Shown here one piece after another: positions 63,597 to 64,000 of a DNA stretch of 64,000 nucleotides. Source of the DNA: Phoronis australis. Its lineage: Eukaryota > Animalia > Phoronida. The notes beneath the pieces are model-generated. The model did no database searches, was not told the origin of the DNA, and was given only the letters and a program-made list of their open reading frames with translations. Positions within the stretch are counted from its first letter, which is position 1. Each line of letters begins with the position of its first letter. Where the stretch lies: contig NMRA01000247.1 in the NCBI GenBank assembly GCA_002633005.1, positions 49,128 through 113,127 of the forward strand, read 5' to 3'. The position numbers and the translations under genes are program-made.

Positions 63597-64000
63597 AGTA
63601 AAACCAAGTCGATGCTGTTTGGAACCCACCAGAAATTAAAACAACAAAAACTATCCCTTTCTATCAACGGTTCTCCCATCGAGAATGTTGACAAGCTTAA
63701 GTACTTGGGCCTTACTTTAGATCCCAATCTTAAATTTAATATGCACATAGATCATATCACAAAGAAATTATCTAAGAAAATCGGTGTACTTAAACGTCTA
63801 GGCAAATTTCTTAATGTCAGCACTCTTAAGACCCTTTACCATTCTATTATTCAGCCTCATATTGATTATTGTTTACCGGTTTGGAGGCACACTAGTGACA
63901 CACTTGTCAGCAAAGTCCAAGTAATCCAAAATAGAGCCGCCAGGGCTATCCTGGGTACTAAAATTAGGGACACTAGGGTTGACGACTTGTATTCCAAGCT
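63597..64000 (+). mobile_element. 5'-truncated non-LTR retrotransposon (CR1/L2/Crack-Daphne-like) ORF2, post-RT region; runs off the window
   Basis: Open frame SKTKSMLFGTHQKL...KYLGLTLDPNLKFNMHIDHITKKLSKKIGVLKRL...LYHSIIQPHIDYC..VW..QNRAARAIL. Confidence 0.92.

Overview
Repeat-rich eukaryotic (animal, probably invertebrate) genomic DNA with four assembly gaps. It holds two convergent spliced genes. On the + strand are the last four coding exons of a PLP-dependent threonine/serine dehydratase-racemase family gene (656-11706). On the - strand is a complete 9-exon alpha-arrestin (ARRDC/TXNIP family) gene (46926-23783, about 404 aa, three PPxY motifs, plus a candidate 21-nt microexon). The first 41 kb is dominated by about ten copies of a non-autonomous Helentron/DINE-1-like element (HINE). 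Its body is a trimeric higher-order array of ~145-bp units, each carrying one co-oriented CTCF-consensus-like motif. Copies nest into each other, and their orientation flips between the two genes. The right part contains a decayed multi-exon SWIM/CxC-KDZ (Kyakuja-Dileera-Zisupton-type) transposase, Penelope-like and CR1/L2-like fragments, and a tRNA-containing mini-element. Also present are solo LTRs, a TRIM-like element, a Harbinger-type MITE, a pogo-like element with a HIRAN-like remnant, and small TIR elements with 5-bp TSDs. All calls were made by eye; no database search was run.
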